In this document: positions 47,624 through 57,848 of the stretch, one piece after another
Numbering within the stretch: position 1 is the stretch's first letter
How the letters are laid out: each line of letters begins with the position of its first letter
Source: an uncultured bacterium
GTDB taxonomy: Bacteria > Margulisbacteria > WOR-1 > XYC2-FULL-46-14
NCBI GenBank assembly: GCA_964421245.1
Contig: CAYQVW010000004.1
Location: forward strand, 14,971 to 78,970
Reading direction: 5' to 3'
Length of the DNA: 64,000 bases
The notes under the pieces: generated by a model
Databases searched by the model: none
What the model saw: only the letters and a program-made list of their open reading frames with translations
Told to the model about the DNA's origin: nothing
Translations under genes and position numbers: made by a program

Positions 47624-49522
47624 ATGGCAAAGATTATAGGAATCGATTTAGGAACAACAAATTCATGTGTGGCGGTGGTTGCCAGTGGAGAACCGACCGT
47701 TATTCCAAATGCAGAGGGAGGACGCACTACCCCATCAGTTGTCTCCTTCCAAAAAGACGGATCAAAAACAGTCGGACAGGTTGCCAAAAGACAATCTGTT
47801 ACCAATCCAGAGCATACTATTTTCTCAATAAAGAGATTTATGGGAAGATTGTTCTCTGAAGTAAGCTCTGAGCTAAAAGAAATTCCATATAAGGTAAAAT
47901 CTGGCAAATCTGACGCTGCAACTGTAGAAGTGTACGAAAAAAATTATTCACCCCCAGAAATCTCGGCCATGGTTATACAAAAACTGAAGCAATCCGCAGA
48001 AGAATTTTTAGGAGAAAAAATAACTAAGGCAGTCATTACTACCCCAGCCTACTTTAACGACAGCCAAAGACAGGCAACCAAGGACGCCGGAGAGATTGCA
48101 GGCCTTGAAGTTATGAGAATTATCAATGAGCCAACCGCAGCAGCCCTTGCCTACGGGTTAGATAAGAAGAAAAACGAAAAAATCGCAGTCTACGACCTTG
48201 GTGGTGGAACATTTGATATTTCAATTCTCGAAATTGGTGACGGAACCTTCCAGGTTGAATCAACCAATGGAGATACTCACCTTGGTGGAGACGATTTTGA
48301 CCAAATAATTATCAACTGGATAATTTCTGAGTTTAAAAAAGATCAAGGAATTGATCTCTCTCACGATAAAATGGCCTTACAAAGGTTAAAAGAATCCGGC
48401 GAAAAAGCCAAGATTGAATTATCTACCACAATGGAGACAGAAATCAACCTTCCGTTTATTACAGCAGACCAAAGCGGACCAAAGCATTTGGTTTTAAAAC
48501 TAACACGCTCAAAACTTGAACAATTATGTTCTGATTTGATAGAAAGATCGGTCGGACCATGCGAACAAGCCCTAAAAGACTCTGGTTTTTCCGCAAATGA
48601 TATTGACGAAGTAATCCTTGTCGGTGGAATGACCAGAATGCCAGCAGTACAAGAAAAGGTAAAACAGATATTCGGGAAAGATCCCCATAAGGGAGTAAAT
48701 CCTGACGAAGTTGTAGCAATCGGAGCCGCAATTCAAGGAGGAGTTTTGGCCGGAGATGTAAAAGATCTAGTTCTTTTGGATGTTACTCCACTAAACTTGG
48801 GAATTGAAACACTAGGAAGTGTCATGACTCCATTAATTGAAAAGAATACCACTATTCCAACTTCAAAATCACAAGTTTTTTCAACTGCGGGAGATGGCCA
48901 GACCTCTGTAGAAATACATGTTCTACAGGGTGAGCGTCCAATGGCAGCAGATAACCGAACATTAGGACGATTCCATCTTGATGGAATCCCTCCTGCCCCA
49001 CGTGGAGTTCCACAAGTAGAAGTAATGTTTGATATCGATAAAAATGGAATTGTAAATGTATCGGCAACCGACAAGGGAACAAACAAGAAACAACATATTA
49101 CAATTACCGCATCATCCGGCCTTTCAAAAGAAGATATTGAAAAGATGAAGAATGAAGCTAAGGCCAACGAAGCGGAAGATAAGAAAAAGAAAGATGAAAT
49201 AGAAATTAGAAACCAGGGAGATGGTCTAGCATATACAGCTGAAAAAACCCTAAAAGATGCTGGAGATAAAATCGAAAAAGCTGATAAAGAAAAAGTAGAA
49301 GCAGAGATTAAAAATGTTCGCGAAGCACTAAAAGGAACAGATTCTGCTAAAATAAAAGCAGCAACAGAAGCATTACAGCAAGCCATTTATAAGATCTCGG
49401 AACAACTTTATAAACAGCAGGCGCCAGGAAGCCAAGGGGATCAAGGGAGCCAAGAAAAACCAAAAGACGAGAAAACAGTGGATGCCGAGTATGAAATGAA
49501 GGATAAAGAGCCACCTAAGTAA
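47624..49522 (+). CDS. dnaK: molecular chaperone DnaK
   Basis: 632 aa with [26 protein letters not shown] and [11 protein letters not shown]. Confidence 0.97.
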   Translation: MAKIIGIDLGTTNSCVAVVASGEPTVIPNAEGGRTTPSVVSFQKDGSKTVGQVAKRQSVTNPEHTIFSIKRFMGRLFSEVSSELKEIPYKVKSGKSDAATVEVYEKNYSPPEISAMVIQKLKQSAEEFLGEKITKAVITTPAYFNDSQRQATKDAGEIAGLEVMRIINEPTAAALAYGLDKKKNEKIAVYDLGGGTFDISILEIGDGTFQVESTNGDTHLGGDDFDQIIINWIISEFKKDQGIDLSHDKMALQRLKESGEKAKIELSTTMETEINLPFITADQSGPKHLVLKLTRSKLEQLCSDLIERSVGPCEQALKDSGFSANDIDEVILVGGMTRMPAVQEKVKQIFGKDPHKGVNPDEVVAIGAAIQGGVLAGDVKDLVLLDVTPLNLGIETLGSVMTPLIEKNTTIPTSKSQVFSTAGDGQTSVEIHVLQGERPMAADNRTLGRFHLDGIPPAPRGVPQVEVMFDIDKNGIVNVSATDKGTNKKQHITITASSGLSKEDIEKMKNEAKANEAEDKKKKDEIEIRNQGDGLAYTAEKTLKDAGDKIEKADKEKVEAEIKNVREALKGTDSAKIKAATEALQQAIYKISEQLYKQQAPGSQGDQGSQEKPKDEKTVDAEYEMKDKEPPK

Positions 49523-50619
49523 TGGCCAAAGATTATTATAATATACTTGGGGTATCAAAAAGCGCGTCAGCAGACGAGATCAAAAAGGCTTTCCGCCAGG
49601 CTGCGCGTAAATATCATCCAGATGTAAACAAAGCCCCCGATGCCGAACAGAAATTTAAAGAATTAAACGAAGCCTATCAAATACTATCTGATCCACGTAA
49701 GAAACAACAGTACGATACCTTTGGAAGTGCCGGTCCCCAAGGTGGCTTTGGCGGCGGAGCCGGTGGATTTGATTTCAGCGGCTTTGATTTTGGTGGCGGA
49801 GGCGGCGGTGCTGGATTTGGAGATATCTTTGAAACCTTTTTTGGTGGTGGTGGACGTGGCAGAAGACAAAGAGGTGGTCCACAAAGAGGATCTGATCTTC
49901 GCTATGATTTATCAATAACTTTAGAAGATGCAGCGCGTGGAACCGAAGTTGAATTAGATATTTCACATCTTGTAAACTGCAAAACTTGTAAGGGAACTGG
50001 AGCCAAACCGGGCACAAAATCCAAAAAATGCTCAAAGTGTAATGGATCCGGACAAGTAAGGCAAGCACAACGCACTATTCTTGGCAGCTTTACTTCAATA
50101 GTCACCTGTCCGGATTGTAATGGCGCTGGAGAGAAGATTTCATCACCTTGTAAAGAATGTAATGGCCAAGGAAGAATCAAAGGATCCAACAAGGTTAAGG
50201 TAAAAGTTCCTGCAGGGATTGAATCAGGCTCCCAACTTAGAGTATCTGGAGCAGGAAACATCGGCTCCAAAAACGGACCAAGTGGAGATCTTTACATCTT
50301 TATCACAGTTAAACAACATTCCCTTTTTGAAAGAGAGGGATCAGACTTGTTATACAAAACTGACATTCCATTTGTAAAAGCAGCGCTAGGATCAGAAATA
50401 GAGGTTCCAACCATTATTGATGGCAAAGCAAAGATTAAAATACCGACCGGAACTCAATCCGGCACAACTTTTAGGCTAAAGAATAAAGGGATGCAGCATC
50501 TGCAACAATTTGGCAGGGGTGACTTATACGTTCGAGTTCATATAGAAACACCAAGCAAACTTGATCGAAAACAATCAGATCTATTAAAGCAATTTGGAAA
50601 ACTCCGCGGAGAGATCTAG
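49522..50619 (+). CDS. dnaJ: molecular chaperone DnaJ
   Basis: 365 aa with a J domain (HPD), a G/F region and four CxxCxGxG zinc-finger repeats. Confidence 0.96.
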   Translation: MAKDYYNILGVSKSASADEIKKAFRQAARKYHPDVNKAPDAEQKFKELNEAYQILSDPRKKQQYDTFGSAGPQGGFGGGAGGFDFSGFDFGGGGGGAGFGDIFETFFGGGGRGRRQRGGPQRGSDLRYDLSITLEDAARGTEVELDISHLVNCKTCKGTGAKPGTKSKKCSKCNGSGQVRQAQRTILGSFTSIVTCPDCNGAGEKISSPCKECNGQGRIKGSNKVKVKVPAGIESGSQLRVSGAGNIGSKNGPSGDLYIFITVKQHSLFEREGSDLLYKTDIPFVKAALGSEIEVPTIIDGKAKIKIPTGTQSGTTFRLKNKGMQHLQQFGRGDLYVRVHIETPSKLDRKQSDLLKQFGKLRGEI

Positions 50620-51338
50620 TGCAACGCTTCTTTAGCAGCAATATCAGCGAAATAACCGGTTCTGACGCCAGACAGATACAAAAAGTCCTGCGTGCAAAAA
50701 TCGGAGATAAATTAATTATCTGTGATGGTAAATCAAAATCTTACGAAGCAGAAGTCTCGGATATTAAAAAAGATTCTATCTCTTTAAATATATTAAAAGA
50801 ACTAAACGAAGAAACAGAACCAAAAGTAAAGATAACCCTAGCCCAGTGCCTTCCTAAGGGATCAAAAATAGATTTTATTATCCAAAAGAGTGTTGAGCTT
50901 GGAGTTTTTGATATTATTCCAGTATCATCAGAGCGTTCTATTTCTAAAATTGAAGGTAAAGAAGATAAGAAGAAAGAACGCTGGCAAAGAATAGCAAAAG
51001 AGGCAGCCGAACAATCGGGAAGGCAGATTATTCCACAGATTCATGCTCCGATTTCTTTTGATGAATTATTAAAATCATCCAATAAATATGCTTTAAAATT
51101 GATCCCATGGGAATTGGAAAAGGAAAGCCTCCTTCGGGGCGTGTTAAATTCTGTAGAGACATGCCATGGCATGTCTCTACAGGTAATAATCGGCCCCGAA
51201 GGAGGCTTTTCACAAGAAGAAATAAATAAGGCCAAATCTGCTGGGTTTACAAGCATTTCGTTAGGAAAAAGAATCCTGCGTACAGAAACGGCGGGAATAG
51301 CTATTCTATCAAATATATTCTACGAATTAGAAGGGTAG
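50619..51338 (+). CDS. rsmE: 16S rRNA (uracil1498-N3)-methyltransferase
   Basis: 239 aa with MQRFF at the N-terminus and IIGPEGGFSQEE plus LGKRILRTETA, the SPOUT knot motifs. Confidence 0.88.
   Translation: MQRFFSSNISEITGSDARQIQKVLRAKIGDKLIICDGKSKSYEAEVSDIKKDSISLNILKELNEETEPKVKITLAQCLPKGSKIDFIIQKSVELGVFDIIPVSSERSISKIEGKEDKKKERWQRIAKEAAEQSGRQIIPQIHAPISFDELLKSSNKYALKLIPWELEKESLLRGVLNSVETCHGMSLQVIIGPEGGFSQEEINKAKSAGFTSISLGKRILRTETAGIAILSNIFYELEG
51124..51209. repeat. 86-bp composite palindrome inside rsmE (17-bp outer arms, 32-bp perfect inner palindrome)
   Basis: AAAGCCTCCTTCGGGGC (51124-40) pairs with GCCCCGAAGGAGGCTTT (51193-209). CTGTAGAGACATGCCATGGCATGTCTCTACAG (51151-82) is perfectly self-complementary. 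Two 10-nt non-complementary bubbles lie between them. Confidence 0.95.
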
Positions 51339-51402
51339 AAAAAGAACCGGGAGCCGACTCCCTTAAAGTATCCATGTTTCCTTTAAGAAAATAAGGCTCC
51401 CG
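51339..51402 (-). terminator. hairpin terminator between the convergent rsmE and outer-membrane protein genes
   Basis: CGGGAGCC (51348-55) pairs with GGCTCCCG (51395-402), and the inner stem is CTTAAAG/CTTTAAG. On the minus strand TTCTTTTTC follows. Confidence 0.5.
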
Positions 51403-51408
51403 AAATTC

Positions 51409-52170
51409 TTATAAAGTCAATGTTTGACCTACTTCTAGACCGACACCTTTGCTTGAACGAGGGAAGTTCGCAACTTCGGTTTCCCCGTTTCTTTGGATAA
51501 AATACCCAATTTGAGCAAAAGTTTTTCCTGGCATTCCCAAACCAAGGTCACCCTGAATTCCATAGTAAACCTGTCCACCTAAAGAACCAGTGCTTCCTCC
51601 GCTTCGAGCAAGCAGGTAGTTAATACCTCCGCCGATATATGATTCAATACCTCCCAAAACATCAGCAGGTATCTCAATCACACCATCAACATACAAAGGA
51701 ACTGCTTTTATTCTAACCTTGTTAATGTCACTACCATAAGTATAACCAAGACCGACTTTGTACTTAACAGAATCAGCTGCTAAGCCAACGATTGGTCCAA
51801 GTCCTAATGGATCAGCAAACAAAACATCAGCTCTTACAAAAGCATTTTTATTCCCTGTAAAATAACCGGCGCTACCGGCTACGTCTATTCCCCAACCTAA
51901 CAATGCTCCAGCTGGTGCTGGCGCAACCTTTGTTGGTGGTGGAGGAACAGCTACTGACGGAGCTGTAGTTGCTATTCTGGCTTCTTGAACTGCGATCATC
52001 TTTTTAAGCTTCGCAACTCTTGCCCAGTTTTTATTAGCCTTAGCTACAGCAAGCTTTCTGTTTAACACGCCTATGTAAGCACGAATCTTTGCAGGTGATG
52101 CTGCAGAAGCCATGCCTACTAAACCTGCTACAAAAGCTATTACTATCAATAATGCTATTAATTTCTTCAT
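51409..52170 (-). CDS. putative outer-membrane beta-barrel protein (signal peptide, helical/Pro-rich linker, Gly/aromatic-rich barrel)
   Basis: MKKLIALLIVIAFVAGLVGMASA, a PPPPTKVAPAPAG linker, and alternating beta-strand patterns (KYKVGLGYTYG, GGQVYYGIQGDLGLG). Confidence 0.6.
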   Translation of the reverse strand: MKKLIALLIVIAFVAGLVGMASAASPAKIRAYIGVLNRKLAVAKANKNWARVAKLKKMIAVQEARIATTAPSVAVPPPPTKVAPAPAGALLGWGIDVAGSAGYFTGNKNAFVRADVLFADPLGLGPIVGLAADSVKYKVGLGYTYGSDINKVRIKAVPLYVDGVIEIPADVLGGIESYIGGGINYLLARSGGSTGSLGGQVYYGIQGDLGLGMPGKTFAQIGYFIQRNGETEVANFPRSSKGVGLEVGQTLTL

Positions 52171-52210
52171 TTATATTTCACCCCCTTATATGCCTAGTTG
52201 GCTGTTGTAT

Positions 52211-52239
52211 AGTTTACATATATATGAAAAGATTGTCAA
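52211..52239 (-). promoter_or_regulatory. sigma70-like promoter (TTGACA-17-TAAACT) for the outer-membrane protein gene
   Basis: On the minus strand: TTGACAatcttttcatatatatgTAAACT. The GGGGGTG SD lies 8 nt before the ATG. Confidence 0.5.
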
Positions 52240-53045
52240 GGGTCTATTTTGCTATTATCGCAAATTTTCTCAAATTCTTCCAAACTCAAGGTTTCTGGTC
52301 TTCTTCCCTTCTCTATCTCTAATTTATCCCAATCAATACGGTAATCGGCAAGAGAGTTACGAATAGTCTTTCTTCTTTGTTGAAACGCATCTCTCACTAG
52401 CTTGTAATCAATATTATAAAGAGGCTTTTCATAAGGCTCCAGGGTTACGATTGCGGAAGAAACATCAGGTTGCGGATAAAAAGAATACTTTGAAATTAAA
52501 GAACTAATTTCAACTTTTGCTTGATTTTGAACAAAAATTGAAAAAGATCCATAAGTTTTGCTTCCTGGACCAGCAACAATCCTCTCTGCAACTTCTTTCT
52601 GAATTGTAATTACAGCTTTCTTAACTTTTCCACTCCAGTCCTCCAAAATCTTTTCAACAATTGGGGCCGTGATATAGTATGGCAAATTACCAACTACCTT
52701 AAAGACAGTTAACTCTTCGGGAAGCTCCCACTCTAATATGCTACTGCGTATTATCTCTAAATTATGATAAGAACTTAGTATTTTTTTACAAATCAAGATG
52801 AGGTCCGAATCTACCTCAAGGGAAATAACGTTTTTAACTTTCTTGGCCAATTCTTCTGTAACAACACCAAGTCCCATTCCAACTTCTACGATCGTATCTT
52901 CCAAAGTTAAGTCAGCGGCATTTATAATCCTTTCTAAAACCTTGGGATCGATTAAAAAATTCTGTCCTAATCTTTTTTTAGGATAAAGATTGTGGGTAGC
53001 TAGAAGTTCTTTGGTGATTTGAGATAGTGACCTAGGATTTGGCAA
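52236..53045 (-). CDS. rsmA: 16S rRNA (adenine1518/1519-N6)-dimethyltransferase
   Basis: 269 aa with KKRLGQNFLIDP, VEVGMGLGVVT and GNLPYYIT. Confidence 0.93.
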   Translation of the reverse strand: MPNPRSLSQITKELLATHNLYPKKRLGQNFLIDPKVLERIINAADLTLEDTIVEVGMGLGVVTEELAKKVKNVISLEVDSDLILICKKILSSYHNLEIIRSSILEWELPEELTVFKVVGNLPYYITAPIVEKILEDWSGKVKKAVITIQKEVAERIVAGPGSKTYGSFSIFVQNQAKVEISSLISKYSFYPQPDVSSAIVTLEPYEKPLYNIDYKLVRDAFQQRRKTIRNSLADYRIDWDKLEIEKGRRPETLSLEEFEKICDNSKIDP

Positions 53046-54009
53046 AATGAGCTGCCACCTTTATTGCCTGTATAAGAGAGGACGGATTTGCCCAACCCTT
53101 GCCAACAATATCAAAACCAGTTCCATGATCAACTGATGTTCGAATAATTGGAAGTCCAATAGTAACGTTTACAGAATTATTAAAAGAAAGTAGTTTAAGA
53201 GGAATTAGTCCTTGATCATGATACATTGCAACAACAATATCAAACATTCCCCCTTTGGCCAGATAAAAAACTGCATCCGGAGAAATGGGACCAACAACAT
53301 CAATTCCAAGCTTTTTTGCTTCTAGAATAGCCGGCGCAATCACCCGCTCTTCTTCTCTACCAAATATGCCCCCCTCCCCCGCATGAGGATTAAGACCTGC
53401 AACCGCAATTCGCGGGGCTACACGTGTTTCATGAGCAAGCTTTATGGTAGAAAAAACCCTCTTTTTATTTATAGCCCCCGAAACCTTATTTAGGGCAATA
53501 TGGGTTGTAACTAGGGCAATCCATAAAGTATCGGAGACAAACATCATGGCATAGTTTTTTGTTTTAGTTTTTTTTGCCAAAAATTCGGTATGGCCCTGAA
53601 AGTGAAAACCTGCCTTGTGAATTGCGGTCTTGTTTATGGGACCAGTAGTAATTGCTGCAATTTCTTTTGAAAGAGCTAGCTCAACTGCCTTGTCAATATA
53701 TTCTATAGAAGCTCGTCCGGCTTGAGCTGAAACTTTTCCCTTCTTTAGTTTTGAAATTACAACATTGTCGAGATCTAGAACATCTATCTTGCCCCTAATA
53801 AACTTACAATCTTTAACATTTTTAACTGGATTGATTTTAATTCCGGTAATTTTGGAAAATTTGCGAGCCTGTCTTAAAACCTTACTATCTCCAATAACAA
53901 AGCAACGAGAAGTCCGCAAGACTTCAGAATTACAAAGCGCTTTTATTGAAATTTCGGGACCTATGCCAGCGGGATCACCCATGGTGACAGCAATTAGGGG
54001 GCGTTCCAT
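53032..54009 (-). CDS. pdxA: 4-hydroxythreonine-4-phosphate dehydrogenase
   Basis: 325 aa with IAVTMGDPAGIGPEI, GHTEFLA, GLNPHAGEGG and YHDQGLIPLK. Confidence 0.92.
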   Translation of the reverse strand: MERPLIAVTMGDPAGIGPEISIKALCNSEVLRTSRCFVIGDSKVLRQARKFSKITGIKINPVKNVKDCKFIRGKIDVLDLDNVVISKLKKGKVSAQAGRASIEYIDKAVELALSKEIAAITTGPINKTAIHKAGFHFQGHTEFLAKKTKTKNYAMMFVSDTLWIALVTTHIALNKVSGAINKKRVFSTIKLAHETRVAPRIAVAGLNPHAGEGGIFGREEERVIAPAILEAKKLGIDVVGPISPDAVFYLAKGGMFDIVVAMYHDQGLIPLKLLSFNNSVNVTIGLPIIRTSVDHGTGFDIVGKGWANPSSLIQAIKVAAHFAKS

Positions 54010-55169
54010 CTTATTTCCGCTTTCTTCATGCGAGAAAGGGCTTCCTCCAATCTCTCTTTGGATTCAACTAAAGCAATGCGAACATAATTTTGGCCAAGAT
54101 CACCAAAAGAAATTCCAGGGGAGACAACTACTCCAGTCTTCTCAAGCAACACTGTTGCAAAAGAGGCTCCATCAAGACCGGAAGGAGCTTTTATCCAAAC
54201 ATACATGCTTGCTTCCGGTTTTTTAATCTTCCATCCCAACTCATTCAACCCAGAAACCAGAACATCTCTTCTTCCTTGATAGGTTGCTCGCACTTGATTA
54301 AGATAATCCCCCTCAAGTCCCATTGCAGTCGCCCCGGCCTTTTGTACCGCAGAAAACAGGCCATAATCAAGATTGGTCTTTATTCTTTTAAGTGAAGCTA
54401 TTAATTCTTTATTCCCAACCGCAAACCCAATCCTCCAGCCAGCCATACCAAATGTTTTTGACAAAGTATGAAATTCTATACATACATCTTTAGCTCCGGG
54501 AATAGACAAACAAGATGGCGGCTTCTTACCATCAAAATAGATTTCTGCATAGGCAAAATCATGAATTAATATCAATTTATGTTTTTTTGCAAGGGCTACT
54601 GCTCTTTCAAAAAACTTTTTATCGACACAAGCCGCAGTTGGATTTGTCGGATAACTTAAAAAGAGAATTTTTGCAGAATTAGCAACTTTTGGATCAATCG
54701 CATCTAAATCGGGGAGAAAACTTGTCTTCTCTGATGTGGGAAGTATTACTGGCGTACCTCCCGCCAAAATTGTCCCTCTAAAATGGGCCGGATAAGCCGG
54801 CATTGGAACCAATGTTTTATCTCCTGGATTAACACAGGCAAAAGCAAAGTGAATTAATCCTTCTTTGGAACCAATTAAAGGAATAACTTCCTTATTTTCG
54901 TCAATATCAATTCCATACTGCTTTTTGCACCATTTTGATGCTGCCGATCGAAACTCCGGACAACCATCAAAAGTAGGATAACGACTGTTCTTGTTATCGC
55001 GAATTGCATCTATTAGTGCGTTAATTACTTCTTTGGGTGGAGGAATGTTAGGGTTTCCCATTCCAAGATCAATAAGATCCGCACCCTTTTCTCTCTCGAT
55101 CGCTTTTAGTCGGTCTAATTCTGCAAAGACATAGGGTGGCAATTTTTGTAGGCGTTTAGCTTCTTCCAT
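53994..55169 (-). CDS. class I/II PLP aminotransferase (LL-diaminopimelate/alanine aminotransferase-like)
   Basis: 391 aa with LPPYVFAELDR, GMGNPN, SYPTNPT and LSKTFGMAGWRIG (PLP Lys). Confidence 0.8.
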   Translation of the reverse strand: MEEAKRLQKLPPYVFAELDRLKAIEREKGADLIDLGMGNPNIPPPKEVINALIDAIRDNKNSRYPTFDGCPEFRSAASKWCKKQYGIDIDENKEVIPLIGSKEGLIHFAFACVNPGDKTLVPMPAYPAHFRGTILAGGTPVILPTSEKTSFLPDLDAIDPKVANSAKILFLSYPTNPTAACVDKKFFERAVALAKKHKLILIHDFAYAEIYFDGKKPPSCLSIPGAKDVCIEFHTLSKTFGMAGWRIGFAVGNKELIASLKRIKTNLDYGLFSAVQKAGATAMGLEGDYLNQVRATYQGRRDVLVSGLNELGWKIKKPEASMYVWIKAPSGLDGASFATVLLEKTGVVVSPGISFGDLGQNYVRIALVESKERLEEALSRMKKAEIRWNAP

Positions 55170-55987
55170 ATCTCCTCCGCTTTATAACTAGACCGTACAA
55201 ACGGCCCAGCTTCCACATGCAATATTCCTATTTTCTCTCCAAATTCCTTATATTTTTTAAAAATAGAAGGATCAACAAATCTTTCAACCTTTGGATGACG
55301 TCTTGTTGGAGGAAGATACTGACCAATTGTAACAATGTCTGTTTGATGTTCTTTTAACCTAGAAAGCAGGTTAAAAACTTCCTCATCGACTTCTCCCAAT
55401 CCTACCATGAAACCGGACTTGGTGCAAATTTGGGAATTTTGCTCTTTTACTCGTCTAATCAACTCAAGTGAACGCATAAAATTTGCCTGTGGCCTTATTA
55501 TTGAATAGAGCCTGGCAACAGTTTCAATGTTGTGGTTAATTACTTCTGGTTTAGCATCGATCACTTTTTGAAGAGCGTCCCAATTGCCTTGAAAGTCTGG
55601 AATAAGGACTTCCACAACTTTATTCTTTAGCGCTTCAATTACGCAACAAAAATGATTTGCTCCCCCATCTAAAAGATCGTCTCTTGTTACTGAAGTTACT
55701 ACAACATAGAGAAGACCTAGTTTTTTTACTGCCTCTTTTATCTTTTCTGGTTCCTGTCCATCAACTGGCAAAGGATTAGAAAAAGAAATTGCACAAAAAG
55801 AACAATTTCTAGTACATTGATTCCCCAGAATCATGAAGGTAAGAGTTTTATTTTTAAAACATTCACCAATATTTGGACATTTGGCAGATTCGCAAACAGA
55901 GTGAATACTATTGTCCAAAAGAAGAGATCTAATAGCGTCAATATGTCTTTTCTTAGGCAGCTTCTTAATCAGATACTCTGGTATCAG
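55115..55987 (-). CDS. lipA: lipoyl synthase (N-terminus needs a non-canonical start)
   Basis: SVCESAKCPNIGEC and CTRNCSFCA (radical SAM). The conserved PEYLIKKLP block is encoded in frame upstream of the first canonical start (TTG at 55918). The only plausible initiator is CTG at 55987-55985, which overlaps the pilT TGA. Confidence 0.8.
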   Translation of the reverse strand: MIPEYLIKKLPKKRHIDAIRSLLLDNSIHSVCESAKCPNIGECFKNKTLTFMILGNQCTRNCSFCAISFSNPLPVDGQEPEKIKEAVKKLGLLYVVVTSVTRDDLLDGGANHFCCVIEALKNKVVEVLIPDFQGNWDALQKVIDAKPEVINHNIETVARLYSIIRPQANFMRSLELIRRVKEQNSQICTKSGFMVGLGEVDEEVFNLLSRLKEHQTDIVTIGQYLPPTRRHPKVERFVDPSIFKKYKEFGEKIGILHVEAGPFVRSSYKAEEIWKKLNAYKNCHPMSLQN

Positions 55988-57030
55988 ATATGTCGCCTCA
56001 TTTGCTCAAGGTCTATTGCATGATTTAAGGCATCTTCTTTTTTAATCTTGCCTTCTCTATACAACCTTGTCAATTCAGAGTCCATACTCTGCATACCATG
56101 CTCTTTACCAATTTCAATCATAGAGTAGAGTTCTTGTGATTGAGCTTTTCTAATAATATTTTTAACTGCAGAAGTTGCAACCATCACTTCAATAACTGGC
56201 AAAACGCTCTTGCCATCTTTTGATGAAAGAAGCTGCTGAGCAATAATCCCCTTTAATGCCATTGAAAGCTGCATCCGAATTTGCGGTTGCTGGTGCGGAG
56301 GGAAAACATCTATAATCCTATCAATAGACTGTGCTGCATCAGGAGTATGCAAAGTTGAGATAACCAAGTGCCCTGTCTCGGCTGCTGTAATTGCAATTTG
56401 GATAGTCTCTAAATCTCTCATCTCCCCAACCAAGATAACATCCGGATCTTGCCGCAAGACCCTCTTTAGCGCTCCAGAAAAAGAAAAGGTATCAATACCA
56501 ACTTCCCTTTGTTCTACAATTGATTTCTTGTGTTGGTGCATATATTCGATTGGATCCTCAATTGTCACAATATGACAGCGTCTGGTTGAATTAATAATAT
56601 TAAGCATGCAGGCCTGGGTAGTCGATTTACCAGAACCAGTTGGTCCAGTAACCAAAATAATTCCTCGCCTCTCTTGGCAAAAGTGCTCAATTGTTTGTGG
56701 TAAGTTTAACAACTCTCTTGTCGGAACACTTCTTGGGATTCGTCGTATAGAACAGCCTACATTTCCTCTTTCATAATGTAGATTAATCCTAAAACGAGAT
56801 TGGCCTATTTCATAACCAAAGTCCAACTCTTTTTCTTCTTCAAATTTTTGTTTTTGTTTGTCTGTAATAATGGAAAAAGACATCTGGGCGACTTCTTCAC
56901 GGGTAAGTGGTTTTTCACCAAAGGATCTAAGCTCTTGCGAAACACGAAATACTGGGGGGCTTCCAACAACCAAGTGTAAATCAGATGCCCCAAGGGCTCC
57001 AATTTGTTTTAATAAAGATTTTACATCCAT
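55984..57030 (-). CDS. pilT: type IV pilus twitching motility ATPase PilT
   Basis: 348 aa with Walker A (GPTGSGKST), Asp box, Walker B (ILVGEMRD), His box (TGHLVISTLHT) and the AIRNLIRE-like VKNIIRK. Confidence 0.9.
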   Translation of the reverse strand: MDVKSLLKQIGALGASDLHLVVGSPPVFRVSQELRSFGEKPLTREEVAQMSFSIITDKQKQKFEEEKELDFGYEIGQSRFRINLHYERGNVGCSIRRIPRSVPTRELLNLPQTIEHFCQERRGIILVTGPTGSGKSTTQACMLNIINSTRRCHIVTIEDPIEYMHQHKKSIVEQREVGIDTFSFSGALKRVLRQDPDVILVGEMRDLETIQIAITAAETGHLVISTLHTPDAAQSIDRIIDVFPPHQQPQIRMQLSMALKGIIAQQLLSSKDGKSVLPVIEVMVATSAVKNIIRKAQSQELYSMIEIGKEHGMQSMDSELTRLYREGKIKKEDALNHAIDLEQMRRHI

Positions 57031-57034
57031 TTGC

Positions 57035-57063
57035 TTGACTCTCCTTTACTGCTAATATATAAT
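57035..57063 (+). promoter_or_regulatory. strong sigma70-like promoter TTGACT-17-TATAAT ending 8 nt before the pilD ATG; candidate leaderless
   Basis: TTGACT at 57035-40, TATAAT at 57058-63, ATG at 57072, with no SD. Confidence 0.55.
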
Positions 57064-57071
57064 TTCCTCTT

Positions 57072-57821
57072 ATGCTTGTCAATCTATTTATCTTTTTAAC
57101 GGGAAGCATTATCGGAAGCTTCTTGAATGTCTGTATTGCCCGCTTACCTAAAGAAGAATCAGTAGTATTTCCTTCTTCACATTGCCCAAAATGCAATAAA
57201 AACATTAGACCAATCGACAATATCCCTATTATAAGCTACTTATTCTTACTCGGAAAATGCCGTTTTTGTCAAAAAACGATCTCTTTTAGATATCCACTAG
57301 TAGAATTGCTCTCTGGAGTTGGCTTTATATTTCTATATATAAGTACGAGTTCGCTACCAGAATTTATTTTTTGGTCTTTGATTTATTTTCTTTTTATTAT
57401 CGCTTTTTTCACTGATCTAGAGGAACAAATTATTCCCGATGAAGTAATTATCATCGGATTAATATCTGGATTAATTTTTATGTATTTTAGAGGGGCAATA
57501 GTGGACTCAATCCTTGGCGCAGCATATGGAGTTACCATGTTTTTCCTTATTGCAAAAATAGCCAAATTTATTGCCAAAAAAGATGCTCTTGGTTTTGGAG
57601 ATGTAAAGCTTGGAGCAATGATTGGAGCAATTTTTGGAGTAGCTGGATTCTGGAACACCTTTATGTGGTCCTATCTAATAGGAGCAGCTATTTCCATTCT
57701 TCTTTTGGTTACCAAAATCAAAAAAACCGGCGACTATATCCCCTTTGGTCCATTTCTTATTTTAGGCGCTATTATAACTTATTTTGGGGGTCCTCAATTA
57801 CTTCTTGCCATATTCAGGTAA
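57072..57821 (+). CDS. pilD: prepilin peptidase (A24 family)
   Basis: 249 aa with an N-terminal CPKC...CRFC zinc motif, polytopic topology, and GFGDVKLGAMIG (catalytic Asp). Confidence 0.9.
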   Translation: MLVNLFIFLTGSIIGSFLNVCIARLPKEESVVFPSSHCPKCNKNIRPIDNIPIISYLFLLGKCRFCQKTISFRYPLVELLSGVGFIFLYISTSSLPEFIFWSLIYFLFIIAFFTDLEEQIIPDEVIIIGLISGLIFMYFRGAIVDSILGAAYGVTMFFLIAKIAKFIAKKDALGFGDVKLGAMIGAIFGVAGFWNTFMWSYLIGAAISILLLVTKIKKTGDYIPFGPFLILGAIITYFGGPQLLLAIFR

Positions 57822-57848
57822 ACTGGATATAATTATGTTTAGTTAAGC

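Noticed and set aside
48733-49386. 217-aa minus-strand ORF, and other antisense ORFs at 47548-47907, 48459-48731 and 48852-49082
   Set aside because: They lie entirely inside dnaK on the opposite strand. Their low-complexity Ser/Phe/Ala composition is typical of shadow ORFs of a highly conserved gene.
49429-49455. CAAGGG-like repeats in the dnaK C-terminal tail (GSQGDQGSQ) as another copy of the heptamer array
   Set aside because: It shows only loose similarity (ccaaggggatcaagggagccaag) with irregular spacing. DnaK tails are commonly Gly/Gln/Ser-rich, so the resemblance may be compositional.
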